A program made the translations under genes and the position numbers. DNA of 64,000 nucleotides from Paraspadella gotoi. Lineage: Eukaryota > Animalia > Chaetognatha. The notes under the pieces are model-generated. The model was given only the letters and a program-made list of their open reading frames with translations. It did not search any database and was not told where the DNA came from. The stretch's first letter is position 1. Each line of letters starts with the position of its first letter. The stretch spans positions 14,341,420 through 14,405,419 of the forward strand of contig CM119268.1 in NCBI GenBank assembly GCA_051294375.1. The letters are read 5' to 3'. Of the stretch, positions 38,440-64,000 are shown piece after piece.

Positions 38440-39730
38440 TAAAGAAGAAAATAAAAAGTGAGGGAAAGAAGGAGAACGAGAAACAGAAATTTCCTCTCCC
38501 CTCCCAAGTACCCAAGTTTCTCCCCATAGAGTTAAGATTAACGCAACAAAGAGCAGTAATTTGAATATGCAAATGAATTCGCAGTTTGTATCATTAGTTT
38601 TTATTAGACAATATGGGACTTTTATAGCATTTGAGAGAAAGAGAGAGGGAGAGAGAGAGAGAGAGAAAGTTAAAGTTAAATAGTTCAACTATTGATTGTT
38701 CTTGCCGTTTTCAAAATGAGAATGAAGATATTTTTTTTGGATGTTCTACTATTTAGATTTAAAAAAAACCTAAAATAGGAGAGAAAGAAAGAATTATAGA
38801 AGGACCTTAGGACACAGATAGTTTGTGGACGGAGAGCGCCAAATTGGCCGTTATCTCCGTTGCTCTCTTTTCCTCTTCACGTACATCCTCCAAAACTGGT
38901 CATGACGTGAGAGACGAGAGAGAAAGACGTCATTTTTAGTTCACTTTGTGTATTTTTTTAAAAATATTATTTCGCATGATTAGACTCCAAATAATAAAAC
39001 TGACTCCCAGACTGACTGAATTCATAAACAGCGACCTTATATCACAGCCCAAAAAGAAATGTTTAAAAAATGCGCAACGAAACCGAATGAAAAAAACTAA
39101 ACGCAAAAACTGACGTCGACGATTTTGCGTCTCTCTCCCCCACTATTTTTTTCTCTTTCTTTCACAAAAAAAAGAGATGGCGCTGTGACCTGTCGGCGCC
39201 CTCGACCTCATCCGTCATTCGGCGCCGGAATTCGAAAGAAAAGAAAAACCGGCGTCTTTTTCTTTTTTTTTTCCGCCCCGATTCTTCGAAGAGACCCGCA
39301 TTTTTTTAGGAAACCATTTTTTCTTTTGGGCCGAGTAAAATATTACAAATGTATCTTTTAAAAAGGAAATTAACATTAACATAATTAACATAATTAACAT
39401 AAGTATAAGACAGAGAGCTATTTTCTTTTCTTTCCAGAGGATTCAAAAATAATCACGCACAAGCTATTGTGAATTTCTTTGACACTTATCTTGTTATGTT
39501 TTATCATAACGCTGAATGTTTAATAACGATAAAACCAGAGGGCGAGGAAACAAAAATAAAGAAAAGAACATCCTTGACCTTTTCATATTCGACTTAACCG
39601 ATACACGCAAAGCCTACGACGTCAAGAACGACGTTATTATTATCCACGCTCTTAAATTGCGCTTGAAATTCCGTTTGGTCAAACCTTGACCCCATTTTAC
39701 AACAAATATTGAATGCTAGACGTTCTCATA

Positions 39731-39772
<42 letters not shown>

Positions 39773-40425
39773 TCTTTCAGTTGCGGTCGGCAGATGGAGT
39801 CGCGGTCAAAGTCATTTGCCGCAGACTCTGGGACAAATTTCGTCGTTAAAGGCAGATGCACGATTGCACGCGCACCTGAGAACCAACTTTGAATCTTCTC
39901 TGCTCCTCTTTTTTTCTTTTTCTTTCTTGAGTCCAGCACCCCGACTTGCCGATTATATTGTTAACCTGTCTCTATATTCCTCTACCTTTTCAGCCTTCCA
40001 CCAACCACTTTCTTTATCACTTTTATTCCGCTTTATTTCCTTTCTTTCCCCAACTGTTGCTTCCTTCACAAAACTATCTTCTTATTTCCCGCTTTTCCTT
40101 TTTTCCCCCACCCATCCTTTTTTTCCCCCTCATTTTCCTCCCCATTATCCCCGCTTTTTCCTTCCCCCTCTTCCCCCTTCTCACCCCCCTCCCCACTCGG
40201 ACCGAAGGGGCAGCGAGGGCGGGGAGTCGAATCTCGCAGGGATGATTGACCAGCAAAAGGATCATAAATCAGGTGAGGGAGAAAAAACCTCCAGCGCCGG
40301 GCGGATTTTGAAAAATAGGAAAAAGGGAAAAAAAATGAACTGAGGTTTTGAAAAAAAAAAGGAGAAAGATATTTTTCTAACGATATTTTCTCTCTCTCTC
40401 TCTCTCGGCTCTCTCTCTCTCTCTC

Positions 40426-40457
<32 letters not shown>

Positions 40458-41344
40458 CTCTCTCTCTCTCTCTCCTCCTCTCGTCTCTGCTCTCTGCTCT
40501 CACAGTGGTGAATGCGTAAGCGAGCGTGGGAAAGCGACCGCGTTTTCTCGGTCGGGTATTTTTTCGTACGTGCGTCGAGGCGCGTGCGTTTACCGTTCTC
40601 CAAAAACGCGCCAAGGGTCGCCGGAATTCCTCTCGTACTTCTCAATGATTTATTGTACGTCTTAAAAAGTTTTATTCTTTGGGTTTTTCGAGGTGGTGGG
40701 GTAAGAGGAAAAAATAAGAATAAGGGGAAAAATATTGGAGAGTTTTTCCGCTCGCTTCACTCGAGAAAGGTAAGAAGCGCGTGTGTCGCTTCTGCTTATG
40801 GATTTGTCGGTAAAAATCCCGCGGTTTTTGTTGATGTTTGTTTGCGCCTAAGAAGTTCTCTTTCCATCTTTTTTTTTCTCTTTCTTTCCTTAATTCTACA
40901 TTTTTTTCCTTACTTATTTCTAAAATAATTTCTTTTCCTAGTTACAGTGAATCGAAATACACTTTTTTTCAAATTTAAAATTATAAAAAAAAAAAAATTA
41001 GCCACTCTCTTCTTGAAGCGCTAATTATTTTTTTCAATTACCCTCAACAACCCAAGTCCGGGACGCCCCCCCCGTCCCCCGTTCTTATTCCCGACACTCC
41101 TCCCCCCTCGACCCTCCGTTTTCACCCCCTTTCCAACATATTCAGTCGATCGCGCAGTAGAGAGCAGTTGTTTCTGACGAAATCGCGTTAACGCGACGCA
41201 ATGATAATTCCATTGAACCTTTCGTTACAAGGTTCTAAAAATTCAGTTTCAAAAACTCGAAGCTTCTCGCCCCAAGTCACCGTCGAAGGTCTCGACTTGT
41301 TTGACGGTTTTGGCTCCAATTCATAAATATGTATCAAAAGCCGG

Positions 41345-41418
<74 letters not shown>

Positions 41419-44400
41419 AGAGGAGAGAAGAGAGTTTATGCAGCCCAGAGGCACCACTGGCTCCCAGGGCCCCGTCGGCACCATGGGCGGTTTTGCGCCG
41501 AGTTCACCTCCCCATAGAAATTAAATGCCACGCCCACTAACGTTCGGGTTGAATTCCGCAACATCGATTTTGACGAACGAAACCGTTTTAATCTTAAAGC
41601 GAGCCGACGCGATTGAAGTTGGAACGCGCTGATTGGTCCGTCACAATGATAATCTGTCGCGTAATTCGATCGCAGTATTGTCGGATGTTTAGGGCTAAAA
41701 ATCCGGTCAATTTCGTGTCTTAATTTCTTGTACGGGATTGAGACATAAAGAGTAAAAAAAAAAAAAACAGGTAACTGAGTCGTTAACCTCCCAGGTTGAA
41801 TCTAGCGAAACCTCGCAACATCTGGTGGACCAAAATCGAGTCGGTCAACTGGGTAAGGCTCGACCTTGAGTCGAAGTGCGGGTAAGAAATACTGCGGACG
41901 GGAACCAGTGAGAGAGATTTGTATCGAGAGGGTGAGTGGTACGAGTGCTGACTGTGAACGAGAGTGATTCGAGGACAGTTAAGTAGTTAACATCGTTGAC
42001 GTCGTTCGGTGGTCGGTCGAGCGTCGCTCTTTAATTGGCTCCATTAGTCCGAGTTTGTTTCCGAAACTTCAGGGGGAAAAAAAAACCCTAAGGCGCCAAC
42101 AGTTCTCCTATAACTACTGCGCCGATTGGTGAACATCTGTTTTTAAGGAAGAACGCTTTCTCACTCGTTTCTCTTTCAACGCGAAACTGTTTTCAAAATC
42201 GCTACCGATTCCTCTGCACAAAAGTTTACCCAAAAAAAAAAAAAAAAATTATTCCGCGATTTATAAATAATTTAAATGAAGTCCCGATTCCCGAATAAAA
42301 AAAAATTCACTCCAACACATTCCAAAAAAAAAAGTGTGTTCGACTTTCATTGAAGGATGAAGACCCGAAGGGAGAAAGAAATCTGCAAAGCGAAAATTTT
42401 GCTTTTCTGCTTTTTTTTTTCGCCTGTCAAAATTTTGCTTTATTGTTTTATTTCTTTGCTTTACCGTGTTCTTTGCGTTTTCAATTTTTGCTTTTTTTTT
42501 TGCTTTTTTAACTGTTTTCTCCATAGCACTTCGGGTTTTTTTTTTGCTTTATTCTTTCGTTTTTCCGCTATTCTAACTTCTAAGCTTCCTCAGGAGTCGG
42601 GCCTCTTTTTTTAGTTTTCATCTTCTGCTTTTTCCAACTTTTGCTTTCCTCCTTTCCTTCTCGGCTTCTTTTTGCTTTTTTCCTTTACTTGTCTGCTTTT
42701 TTTTTGCTTTCCTCCTTCCTTTCTCGGCTTCTTTTTGCCTTCCTCCCCTTCTCTGCTTCTTTCCTTAGCTTCTTCGGTTCGGGGCTTCGGTTCCGCTCGA
42801 CTCGCCTCCAACGTAAACACGCGACTCGGCAAAGATGGGGTACAGGGAAATCGGAAATAACGAAATCTATTAGATCGCGAGAGAGTTTGACGCGTGCGTG
42901 CCAAAGAATTACTGGACTGTATTTGTTAAAAAAATTTTACTGTAAGAATTCTGATCTTCGTTTTGTATTATGTTAAAAATTATTTCATTGTAGGAACTGT
43001 TCAAGAGGTTGATTTTTTTTTGTATTTGGTTTTCTTTTCGACTTGTCACACTTAATAATAGTGGGAGGTTGGAAATATTGGTTTCGCCTGTATGGTTTCG
43101 CCTATATTTAATTAGGGTACGGAAGGCAAAAAGTTCCAGAAGGCATTGAAAATATAGAAGGTTTATAGAAGACTGTAATCAGTGCTTTTGCTTAGTGTTA
43201 TGAATGTTAAGGTTGGAAGAAAATAATTTTATTGACAGGTTTTTAATTTTCATAATTAACTATTACAACTCTTAAAACGTGCGATGTTGAAATTTTCCTA
43301 ATATGTGAGGCCAAAAAAAGTAATCTCGGTTAAAAGTAAATACCGTATTGCCATATGCAAATTGCCTAAATATTATTTTTCATTTCTTTTCGAGTTATAA
43401 AAGTCCAATTTACCATTACCTTTTATTTAATAAACACATTAAACTAAATATTTAACAGTCTCCAAAACGTAAGATACAATCCATACAACATCATTACGAC
43501 TCTCATCGAACTCGAAGGACGCGGCCAATGGGCCTTCCCTTCAAAGACGGAAGATTCATCGAAGCCTCGTCCTTAAAAAGCCGAAAGCCAAACATCGACG
43601 TCTTCGGTGCCACGGAGTCTTTATCGCCACCGGTTGACCTACAAAACGGGGCGTTAGTCAAAGCTCGTAGGCACATCAGCGCCCGGGCTGCGCGCCGCCC
43701 CCTCCTCCGAAGTAAAAAGAAAAACTCATTTGCATATTCGAGCGAAAAACCTTTTCTCTTTTTTTTTTCTCTTGTTTTTTTTTTTTTTTTTTTGATATAT
43801 TTGTTTCGTTTAGCGAACATCAGAGGGAAAGAGTAGAACTTCTGGCAAGGAGAGAGAAAGAGTGAGTGAGTGTAAGAGAGAGACAGAGAGAGAGAGAGTC
43901 AGAGAGAGAGAAAGAGAAATCATTTGGTTCTAAATTGAAGGTTTCAACTTACAAACGAAAAAAAATTAGTGGAAACTGAACAAAAAAAGTAAAAGTTAAA
44001 TTCGAAAAAAAGAAAATGAAATAAATGAGAGAGAAAAACCAAGAAAGAAGGGAAAAAAAAGTGTAGAAATGTGGATAACTAGAATTGCTCCTTGAATGAA
44101 ACCCACTTTTTTCTCTCATATTTTACTTTCTCAATTGTACTTTACTTTTCCCTGTTCAATTTTATCTCTTTTTTCTTGATTATTTCTCATTCGAAGTCAT
44201 CCGTTGCTCATTTCCCTATATTCTCCCCCCATATATCCGATCTTTCACTCATTTCCATTTAATTTTATCTGTTTCCCATTTTCCTTTGTTACCCTTTACC
44301 CTTAAAGAAAATCAGTTCCATTTCCTCTTTATTTCCCTCCTCTCCTCCCCACCCTCTCTCTCTCTCCTCTTCCACCTCCCCCCTCCCACCTCCCACCTCC

Positions 44401-45039
44401 CCCCTCCCTATTCCGCTCCTCTTCTCTTAGTTTTCCATTTTCATCTTTTATCCCTTTTCGTTCCCAGGAGCGCGGGTTCATTTCGTCGTCGTTTTCCTCT
44501 TCCCCCTCCCATCGAAAATACACGTGATTCTCCTCCTCCTCCGCCTATTTTATGACCCATGACCGAGGGGCAACAATAACAAGGAAGATGGAAGCCAAGA
44601 CCATCGATGCCGGCCTCACAAATCTCGGAACGAAGAAGCTGTCATCAATTCCAAAGCCGAAGTCGATGTCACAAATCTTAGAGCGACTGCGAATGACAGA
44701 AAAAAAAACAAAAACGAGTGATAACAAGGTCAAAATGTCACGAATGCATTCATCAGGACTATGCAATAAGAAAAACATTTATTCACGTTTAAAATTGTTT
44801 CGCCAAAAAATCTCAATTTAAACAAATAATATTTTAAAAAATATCTTTTTAACCACTCGGTTATTATACGCACTTTTACGCAGTCACTACAACAACCCAT
44901 CTCGTTTCTAATCATTGGATAGACTTAATTAGCCAATTAGAATTTTGTGACTGAAACTTTGCTTAACCCTCAGAAGCGCGGCATGAAATAAATCTCAAAA
45001 CAAAACGTCGTCACGGTATCACCGGCGAGGCCACAGCAG

Positions 45040-45125
<86 letters not shown>

Positions 45126-45848
45126 AGGAGGAGAGACTGACGATAAAATCACACAAAACCTTCCCGCGGATCGACATTTCACTTTTTTTCGTTGTTTTCT
45201 CTTCTTTTGTTCTCGAAACTTCTTATTCACTTACCTCTCACATTTCTCAACCTCACGCATTTCTCACGTCAGCATTTTTGGTTGCGCCGCGAGTACTCGC
45301 GGAGCAACTCTATAAGTCACTTTTCGGTCGGTCTACGATCTGTCTGTCTGTCTGTCGGTCGGTATGTCTGTCCGTCGGTCTGTCTCACTTACGCTAAAAA
45401 TGTATATAATTCGCCTATAGTTGGTTGCTCATTTGTTAAGACAGAAAAAAACCTTTAATTTAAGTGACTGCTAGCGCCGCCTTCAGAATATCCTAAAACT
45501 ATAAGGAATAAAAGACGGAATTTCGCTGCAGTGCATACAGTTTTTTGGTCACGCCATGTCATGTCAAGACATATCATGTAATCAAAGAGAAATACTCGTG
45601 AAAATAAAGTCACGGCGGCGCAACACATTGGAATCACCTTTCTTGTTTTCTTTCGGAGGTGGGGGGGGGGTGAGGGTCGACCTTCTTCTTCAATTCATAT
45701 CAACTCGAAGTCTCATCCCGACAACCCAGGCCCCCCTCTTACCCTCCACCTCGGCCTCCTTATCAGTTCGTCTCTCTCCCTCAACAAGAAGAACAATAGC
45801 GAAGTTTCCAAGTTTTAACTTCCTTCCTTGGCAACAAAAAGAGAATCG

Positions 45849-45980
<132 letters not shown>

Positions 45981-46181
45981 AGATATGGTGAGTAAAAAAG
46001 CAAAGGGAGTGGGGTTGAGAACGGGCAGAGATTCTTGTTCGGCGTCGGCAGCGTCGCTCCGGCGGCTGCGGCGGCTGCGACTGCGGCGGGGGGCAATAAA
46101 AGACGACGACCGGGATAAATGTCATCATCGAATCTTTTTCCCACAAATCGTTTCGCTCAATCTTCTTTCCATTTTCCTCCG

Positions 46182-46277
<96 letters not shown>

Positions 46278-46920
46278 CTTCTTAGCACCCATCCCTCATC
46301 ACTTTAGTCTTATCGGGCGGTCGCCTCTACGGGGGGCCGAGGATGGCGAGGTCCCGAGTTCAAGACCCGACCTTAACCTTTGATGAAAAAAGAAATCGGT
46401 AGTTGCGGTAATCGATGCAACGAAAGGTTAACAACGTAACAAATAACAACAACAACGACAACGAAGACGAAAAAGAAAACTCCAAAAATGAGTGATTCTT
46501 GTTAAAAGAAGCCGATAAAAAGCAAGTCACGAATTCCAGGTGAATCCAATGGTAGAAAACAGAAGATAATTGTTCACTGTCGTGATCTCGTTCCGGGGAA
46601 ACGTTTGGCTAATTCTTTCAGCGACAACTAATTTTATAATTATCATTTTGAAGGTCAAAGTCCAATAATTTTAGAATATATTTAATTTACCAACCGGATT
46701 TTTAATATTGTTTCATTCTCTCCCAATTGAATTCTATTCTTGACTTTACAAGCTGAACTTGACAGATAAATCCCATCTTTTAATTTTCAATTTTCCTCTT
46801 TTTTTTTAAGGGGGGAGGGGGAGGGAGAGGAGGGAGGGGAAGAAGAGAGTACGACTTGGGACAGAAAAGTAGTGTATCCTTCTTTTATCTTGGGTTCGCT
46901 GGTCCACCAATTGAGAGAGC

Positions 46921-57618
<10,698 letters not shown>

Positions 57619-57620
57619 AG

Positions 57621-57703
<83 letters not shown>

Positions 57704-58118
57704 CTCTTCGTCGTTTCTCCCTCTGNNNNNNNNNNNNNNNNNNNNNNNNNTCCGTGTCAGTTTCAATTTTTTTTCCATCCATAAAACTAATTTCCCCCGG
57801 ATTTAATTTAAATATTTTCCGTTTCTTTTAAATTTCCTTTTTCAATTTTTTTTTCTTTCTCTGGCCGAAAGTTTTCTCACGAGACTCATTCCTCGAATTA
57901 AAAGAAAAACCCCGCACGCCGCGCAGAGACTGATATTCTGATATTCGATAAATAAACTTTCAAATTTCTTTACACGTTTTTCGGAAGAAAAAACATTTCT
58001 CAACCTCGGAATGTTTGAAAAGAGGACGAGAGAGACAGAGAGATAGACCATGATAGAGATACTTTTTTTTTAATCGCGGGCCTTTGCGCAAATATAGACA
58101 AAGAGCGAGCGGGAGAGA

Positions 58119-58157
<39 letters not shown>

Positions 58158-58309
58158 TCACGTTTGCTTTTCCCGGCTTTTTTCATTTATGGGTTTTTCT
58201 TGGTTTCTATCTTCGGCGACCACGGTTTCCCCAAGGGCGTGTCTCTCCTCTCTCTCTCTCTCTTCTCTTCTCATCTTCTCTCTCTCCTCTCTCTCTCTTT
58301 CCTCTCTCA

Positions 58310-58383
<74 letters not shown>

Positions 58384-58604
58384 GCAGGACCCAAAACAGC
58401 ATCGAATCGGCACATCGAGTCCCCCCGGAAGGTTGTTGGGTATTTTTTTTTCATTTAATGATAGATCGGAGATTGGACAACCCCCCTCGATAGTTGGATA
58501 ACCCGTGACTTTTCCAAGATCGATCAGTCTCTTCTCACCAACCTTAAATTCGAACGTCTCATTTTCCTCTCGTCTGACCAGTGACCACTGACCAGTGACC
58601 AGTG

Positions 58605-59409
58605 NNNNNNNNNNNNNNNNNNNNNNNNNNNNNNNNNNNNNNNNNNNNNNNNNNNNNNNNNNNNNNNNNNNNNNNNNNNNNNNNNNNNNNNNNNNNNNNN
58701 NNNNNNNNNNNNNNNNNNNNNNNNNNNNNNNNNNNNNNNNNNNNNNNNNNNNNNNNNNNNNNNNNNNNNNNNNNNNNNNNNNNNNNNNNNNNNNNNNNNN
58801 NNNNNNNNNNNNNNNNNNNNNNNNNNNNNNNNNNNNNNNNNNNNNNNNNNNNNNNNNNNNNNNNNNNNNNNNNNNNNNNNNNNNNNNNNNNNNNNNNNNN
58901 NNNNNNNNNNNNNNNNNNNNNNNNNNNNNNNNNNNNNNNNNNNNNNNNNNNNNNNNNNNNNNNNNNNNNNNNNNNNNNNNNNNNNNNNNNNNNNNNNNNN
59001 NNNNNNNNNNNNNNNNNNNNNNNNNNNNNNNNNNNNNNNNNNNNNNNNNNNNNNNNNNNNNNNNNNNNNNNNNNNNNNNNNNNNNNNNNNNNNNNNNNNN
59101 NNNNNNNNNNNNNNNNNNNNNNNNNNNNNNNNNNNNNNNNNNNNNNNNNNNNNNNNNNNNNNNNNNNNNNNNNNNNNNNNNNNNNNNNNNNNNNNNNNNN
59201 NNNNNNNNNNNNNNNNNNNNNNNNNNNNNNNNNNNNNNNNNNNNNNNNNNNNNNNNNNNNNNNNNNNNNNNNNNNNNNNNNNNNNNNNNNNNNNNNNNNN
59301 NNNNNNNNNNNNNNNNNNNNNNNNNNNNNNNNNNNNNNNNNNNNNNNNNNNNNNNNNNNNNNNNNNNNNNNNNNNNNNNNNNNNNNNNNNNNNNNNNNNN
59401 NNNNNNNNN
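58605..59409. other. Largest assembly gap. Other gaps: 488-757, 1172-1431, 12481-12639, 13252-13276, 18152-18435, 19109-19337, 20657-20772, 21177-21494, 22891-23085, 23327-23492, 57726-57750, 61251-61275
   Basis: Runs of N. Confidence 0.98.
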
Positions 59410-59547
59410 AAAAAGAGAAGAGATTCTTCAGAATAAAACTCTGGAAGAAGGCGGAGGATTTCTTTCGCAGATTCTCGATGCGATTTCAAAATTCGTTTCT
59501 TTCTTTCCTCATTTTTTTTGCTTCATTGAGTCTCTCTCTCTCTCCTA

Positions 59548-59578
<31 letters not shown>

Positions 59579-60003
59579 CTAACTCGATCGTCTCTCCTCA
59601 TCTGCTCTCTCGTCTCATCTGTCTAATGCACTGTTTCTATTCAAAAGCCGTGTGGGAACATGTCAGTTATCAACATAATCACTTATCGTTATCAACAGGC
59701 ACGCTTCCAGCTCCGATGTCTATCACCGCTCACGCGCTCACCCTTATCCTTCTCTATCTTCTGTCTTTTCCTCCTCTCAATTTCCTGACCATTTCTCCAT
59801 CCCCTCCTCCTCCTATCTCCTCCCTCAGCAGCTTTCCCAGTTTTTAATGAGAGTTTCAAGTTTTCATCTGAAATTTCTTTTTTATTGCTTCTCTTTCCAA
59901 CTGATTTCTATATTAATTTTTCCCTCTCTCTCTCTGAATCAGATTTCCACCAAACGGACAAATCGTTTCAGTTTTTTTAAAAGCTTGGCTTTGAACGACA
60001 GAT

Positions 60004-60074
<71 letters not shown>

Positions 60075-61531
60075 AATTACGATTTTCTTTTTGATTAAAT
60101 GACCCCTAGTGTTTCAAGGTGGAACTTTTAATGTCTTCCTTTCTCAACCGAAGTATTTTTTTCCGAGGTAACGTCATATTAAATGTTTAAGTAGACCTTA
60201 GAGGTATTGTTATTCTTAGCCTTGGGCGAATATGCGACAATAGAGAATTTTTTTTGTCCTCTTGAAAAAAAAAAGGTGATGCGGGTGACCTTAAACCTTT
60301 GATTTGTTTTGGCCCCGAGGGAAGCATTAGTTCCACGAATTTCCGCTTTTGTCTCATTTTGCTATTTTTCTCGTCGTCGTCGTCATCATCCACGTCGACC
60401 CCGTCTCTTCCATTGACGCGAGTTTCCCCTCACGCAGAATTCGAGATTTTAAATATTAATAGAAAAGATTGAAAAAAAAAATGAAAAAGGAAAGAAAACC
60501 TTTTTCGACAACAAAAACACGGAAGACAAGCGAACTATGACGACGACGACAGAGATGAATACGACGACGACGACGACGACCTGCGTCGCTGTTTTCGCCA
60601 CCGATTTCATGGTTTCCGCTTCTCCAAGTCTCTTTTTTTTTCCGCTCCTGTAAGTCCGCTCTCCTCCCGTCTCGAAATCGCTCCTGCCCTTTCCCAAATT
60701 GAGATCTCTCCTCGCTCCCCGCGATCGCTTTTGTTTTTCTTCCTTGGTCTTGCATCTTTTAATTAATTATTTTCCAGTCTTGCAGATTGGAGTTTTTTTT
60801 TCCCCGCCCTTTTCTATCCTCTTCTCCTCCTGCTCTCTCTTCTCGTCTCAGTACTGCTCCTCTGCTCTCTCTGCCTCTCTCTCTCTCCTGCTCTCTCATC
60901 TCGGCTGGCGTCCCCTATCATCTCTCTCTCTTCTCTCGTCATCTCTCTCTCTCAGTCTCTCCTTCGTTCTCCCTACTCGCTCCTCGTCCTCTGCTCTCTC
61001 TCCTCTCTCACTCCGCTCAATTCGTTTTTCCCTCCCTTTTGTTTTTATGCTTGTGATTTCTGTTTTTATGCTTTTTACGTTACGAAGAGAAAAGTGCCGT
61101 TCCCTCGGGTCTTCATTTTTGTTTAATTCTGTTTTGTTTGTTGTTTGCTTTTTTTTTTATGTTTATCGCAGCACAAGAAATAGCGTTTTTGCCAATAATT
61201 CGAACGGTGAAAAAGGAATATTTATATATAAGTTAGAAACTATAAAAAAANNNNNNNNNNNNNNNNNNNNNNNNNGTCTTTTTTTTATTCTGTTTTGTTT
61301 GTTTCTTTTTTTTTAATGTTTACGCACAAGAATACGTTTTGCATATATCGACGAAAAAGGAATTTTATATTAGAAACTAAAAAAAAGAGAAAGAAAAAAA
61401 AAGGGAGGATTCGCTTTTTTTTCGGATGCAAATTTTACGACTTAAGAAAAAGATCAGTGGAAATTCGCGATAAGCCGAAGATGCAATTAATTCTGCTCGG
61501 ATTTCTTCCAATATTTCGATAAAAAGAGGAA

Positions 61532-61585
<54 letters not shown>

Positions 61586-62653
61586 CGAGCGAGCTTACCG
61601 TGACAAGAATCGTGACGGCCGTGACGGTTTCGTCGAGGCAGCAAGAAACGAATCCGAAGTCCCCACTGGAAAACGAGCGGCAAACGAGTGGAAAGAGACT
61701 GGCAAACGAGAGGCAAACGACTGGCAAACGGAGCGACGAAGCGGGAGAAATGACGCGAGGATGGAAACGCCGGCGAAGATCAACGTCTTCGACGCGAAAT
61801 GTCGATTTGTCGATTCGTGAGTCGTTGGCACCACAATTCGTTGGTGGCGGGAAAAAGTTCGTGTGGAATTTGAGGAGACAGTTCCATCATCGGAATAGAA
61901 GTTCCCGCGAAGAAGGACACAGTTTCAAAATACGAATGAAAGAGTTCTTCCGAGAAGAATTATGAAATGATGGCGTAAGTCTTTCGTGGGTGGAGACTGA
62001 TAGTTGATTGAGAATATTCCGAGTTGATGGGTAAAGATCTGCAGGAAAAAAAGAAAAACTTTTTTAAAAATAAAAATCAAACGCAATAATTATAAATCGA
62101 AGTCCATGTGCGGACTTCTTGTCTGCTTTTTGTTGTTATTGTTGTCTTTTCATTAACTTGACATTTGCGTCCGTCAACCGTTTATCGTCATAAGTTTTTC
62201 CTTTTTTCTCTTTTATAATTTATTCTGTTTTTTTTTCCCTTTTGTTGACTTTCATTGAATGTCATCATTGTTTACTTATCATATTTCATTTCATTCTTTA
62301 TCGGTCTTTCGTTCGCAGTCATTATCATCTGTCATCCATGGGGTTCATCACGGTGATTGCCGTTTTACGCAAGAGCAACAAATCACGTCGAGGGATAATT
62401 ATTTTCTAATTTTTTTTTTAAACTTAAATTTTGCCGCTTGACGAACAAACGAACGTTTAAAAATATGTGAAAAAACGAAAACAGTGAAGTGAATCGAGAA
62501 AATGAAACTCTCAGATTCACAGACTGAGCGATCAACGCGACGAGACGAGGTTCACAAACAACGCGCCGATCGCTCTCTCTCTCTCTCACTACGGATTTTC
62601 ACAACAACAAAGGGCGAGAGAAAAAAATCTTTCACCGCGAGGTAATTTATCTC

Positions 62654-62688
<35 letters not shown>

Positions 62689-62691
<3 letters not shown>

Positions 62692-63304
62692 AAGAGAAGA
62701 GATTCTTCAGAATAAAACTCTGGAAGAAGGCGGAGGATTTCTTTCGCAGATTCTCGATGCGATTTCAAAATTCGTTTCTTTCTTTCCTCATTTTTTTTGC
62801 TTCATTGAGTCTCTCTCATCTCTCCATCTCCTCTCTCTCTCTCTCTTCCTCTCTCTCTCCTAACTCGATCGTCTCTCCTCATCTGCTCTCTCGTCTCATC
62901 TGTCTAATGCACTGTTTCTATTCAAAAGCCGTGTGGGAACATGTCAGTTATCAACATAATCACTTATCGTTATCAACAGGCACGCTTCCAGCTCCGATGT
63001 CTATCACCGCTCACGCGCTCACCCTTATCCTTCTCTATCTTCTGTCTTTTCCTCCTCTCAATTTCCTGACCATTTCTCCATCCCCTCCTCCTCCTATCTC
63101 CTCCCTCAGCAGCTTTCCCAGTTTTTAATGAGAGTTTCAATCTGAAATTTTCTTATTTTATTGCTTCTCTTTGCCACTGATTTCTATAGTTAAATTTTCC
63201 CATCTCTCTCCTGAAATCAGATTTCCAACCAAACGGACAAAATCGTTTCAAGTTTTTTTAAAAGCTTGGGCTTTGAACGGACAGATAAGAGAGAGAGAAA
63301 GAGA

Positions 63305-63353
<49 letters not shown>

Positions 63354-64000
63354 AAGAGAGAGAGAGAAGGAAATTACGGATTTTCCTTTTTTGATTAAAT
63401 ATGACGCCCATAGTGTTTAAGGTGGAACTTTTAATGGTCTTCCTTTCTCAACCGAAGTATATGATTTTTCCGAGTAACGTCATATTAAATGTTTAAGTAG
63501 CCTTAGAGGTATTGTTATTCTTAAGACCTTGGGCGAATATGACGACAATAGAGAATTTTTTTGTCTCATTGAAAAAAAAAAGGTGATGCGGGTGACCTTA
63601 AACCTTATGAATTTGTTTTGGCTCCGAGGGAAGAGCATTAGTTCCACGAATTATCCAGCTTTTGTCATCATTTTGCTATTTTTCTCGTCGTCGTCGTACA
63701 TCATCCACGTCGACCACCCAGTCTGCTTCGCAGTTGACGCGAGTTTACCCACGCAGGAATTCCGAGATTTTAAATATTAAATAGAAAGAATTGAAAAAAA
63801 AAATGATAAAAAGGAAAAGAAAAACGCTTTTTCGAACAACAAAACACGGGAAGACAAGCGAACTATGACGAACAGAGACAGAAGATGAATACGACGGGGC
63901 GACGTGGACGAACGACGACCTGAGTCGCCTGTTTTCGCGCACCGATTTCAATGGTTTCCGCTTCTACTTCCAGTCTCTTTTTTTTTTTTCTTTTTCCGCC
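62689..64000 (+). repeat. Direct copy of ~59410-60645 (near-identical for ~450 bp, then indel-rich)
   Basis: Both begin aaaaagagaagagattcttcagaataaaactctggaag. The ORF MHCFYSKAVWEHVSYQ... is identical in both copies. Confidence 0.95.

Noticed and set aside
39039-39048. TATCACAGCC, the miR-2 family 5' end
   Set aside because: The match stops after 10 nt and no hairpin partner is evident.
39812-39875. Minus-strand cysteine-rich frames (VRVQSCICL*, CACNRASAFNDEICPRVCGK*) resembling a secreted-peptide C-terminus
   Set aside because: Purine-rich, weak acceptor context; no upstream exons or signal peptide found; two different frames look equally suggestive, consistent with chance.
44545-44821. 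Overlapping 77-89 aa ORFs on both strands
   Set aside because: No recognisable domain, short, and not linked to other exons.
58524-59626. Long ORFs spanning N runs
   Set aside because: Translation through assembly gaps.

Overview
Eukaryotic, probably invertebrate animal, genomic scaffold that is rich in (GA)n/(GTC)n microsatellites and has 13 N-gaps. The only protein-coding gene I can support is an Eph receptor tyrosine kinase on the minus strand. I could reconstruct 18 GT-AG exons between 10924 and 2646, covering an N-terminal extension and signal peptide, the ephrin-binding domain, the sushi/EGF cysteine-rich region, two FN3 domains, the TM helix, the juxtamembrane YxDPxTYEDP motif and the kinase Gly-rich loop. 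The rest of the kinase and the SAM domain are not visible in the window. The last exons carry indels that look like long-read errors. The remaining ~53 kb is Eph-upstream sequence with no recognisable genes. It holds one copy of a tRNA-derived SINE (a second, diverged copy lies in an Eph intron) and several large indel-ridden duplications next to 25-N gaps (a 10 kb tandem copy, a 1.2 kb copy of the Eph 5' end, an inverted 0.4 kb copy and a 1.3 kb copy), which are most likely gap-filling artefacts. I found no convincing new biological system. The most interesting real signals concern Eph splicing and translation: a regenerated GTGAGT donor at an exon start, a triplicated splice donor, an in-frame microsatellite intron and a long pre-signal-peptide extension.
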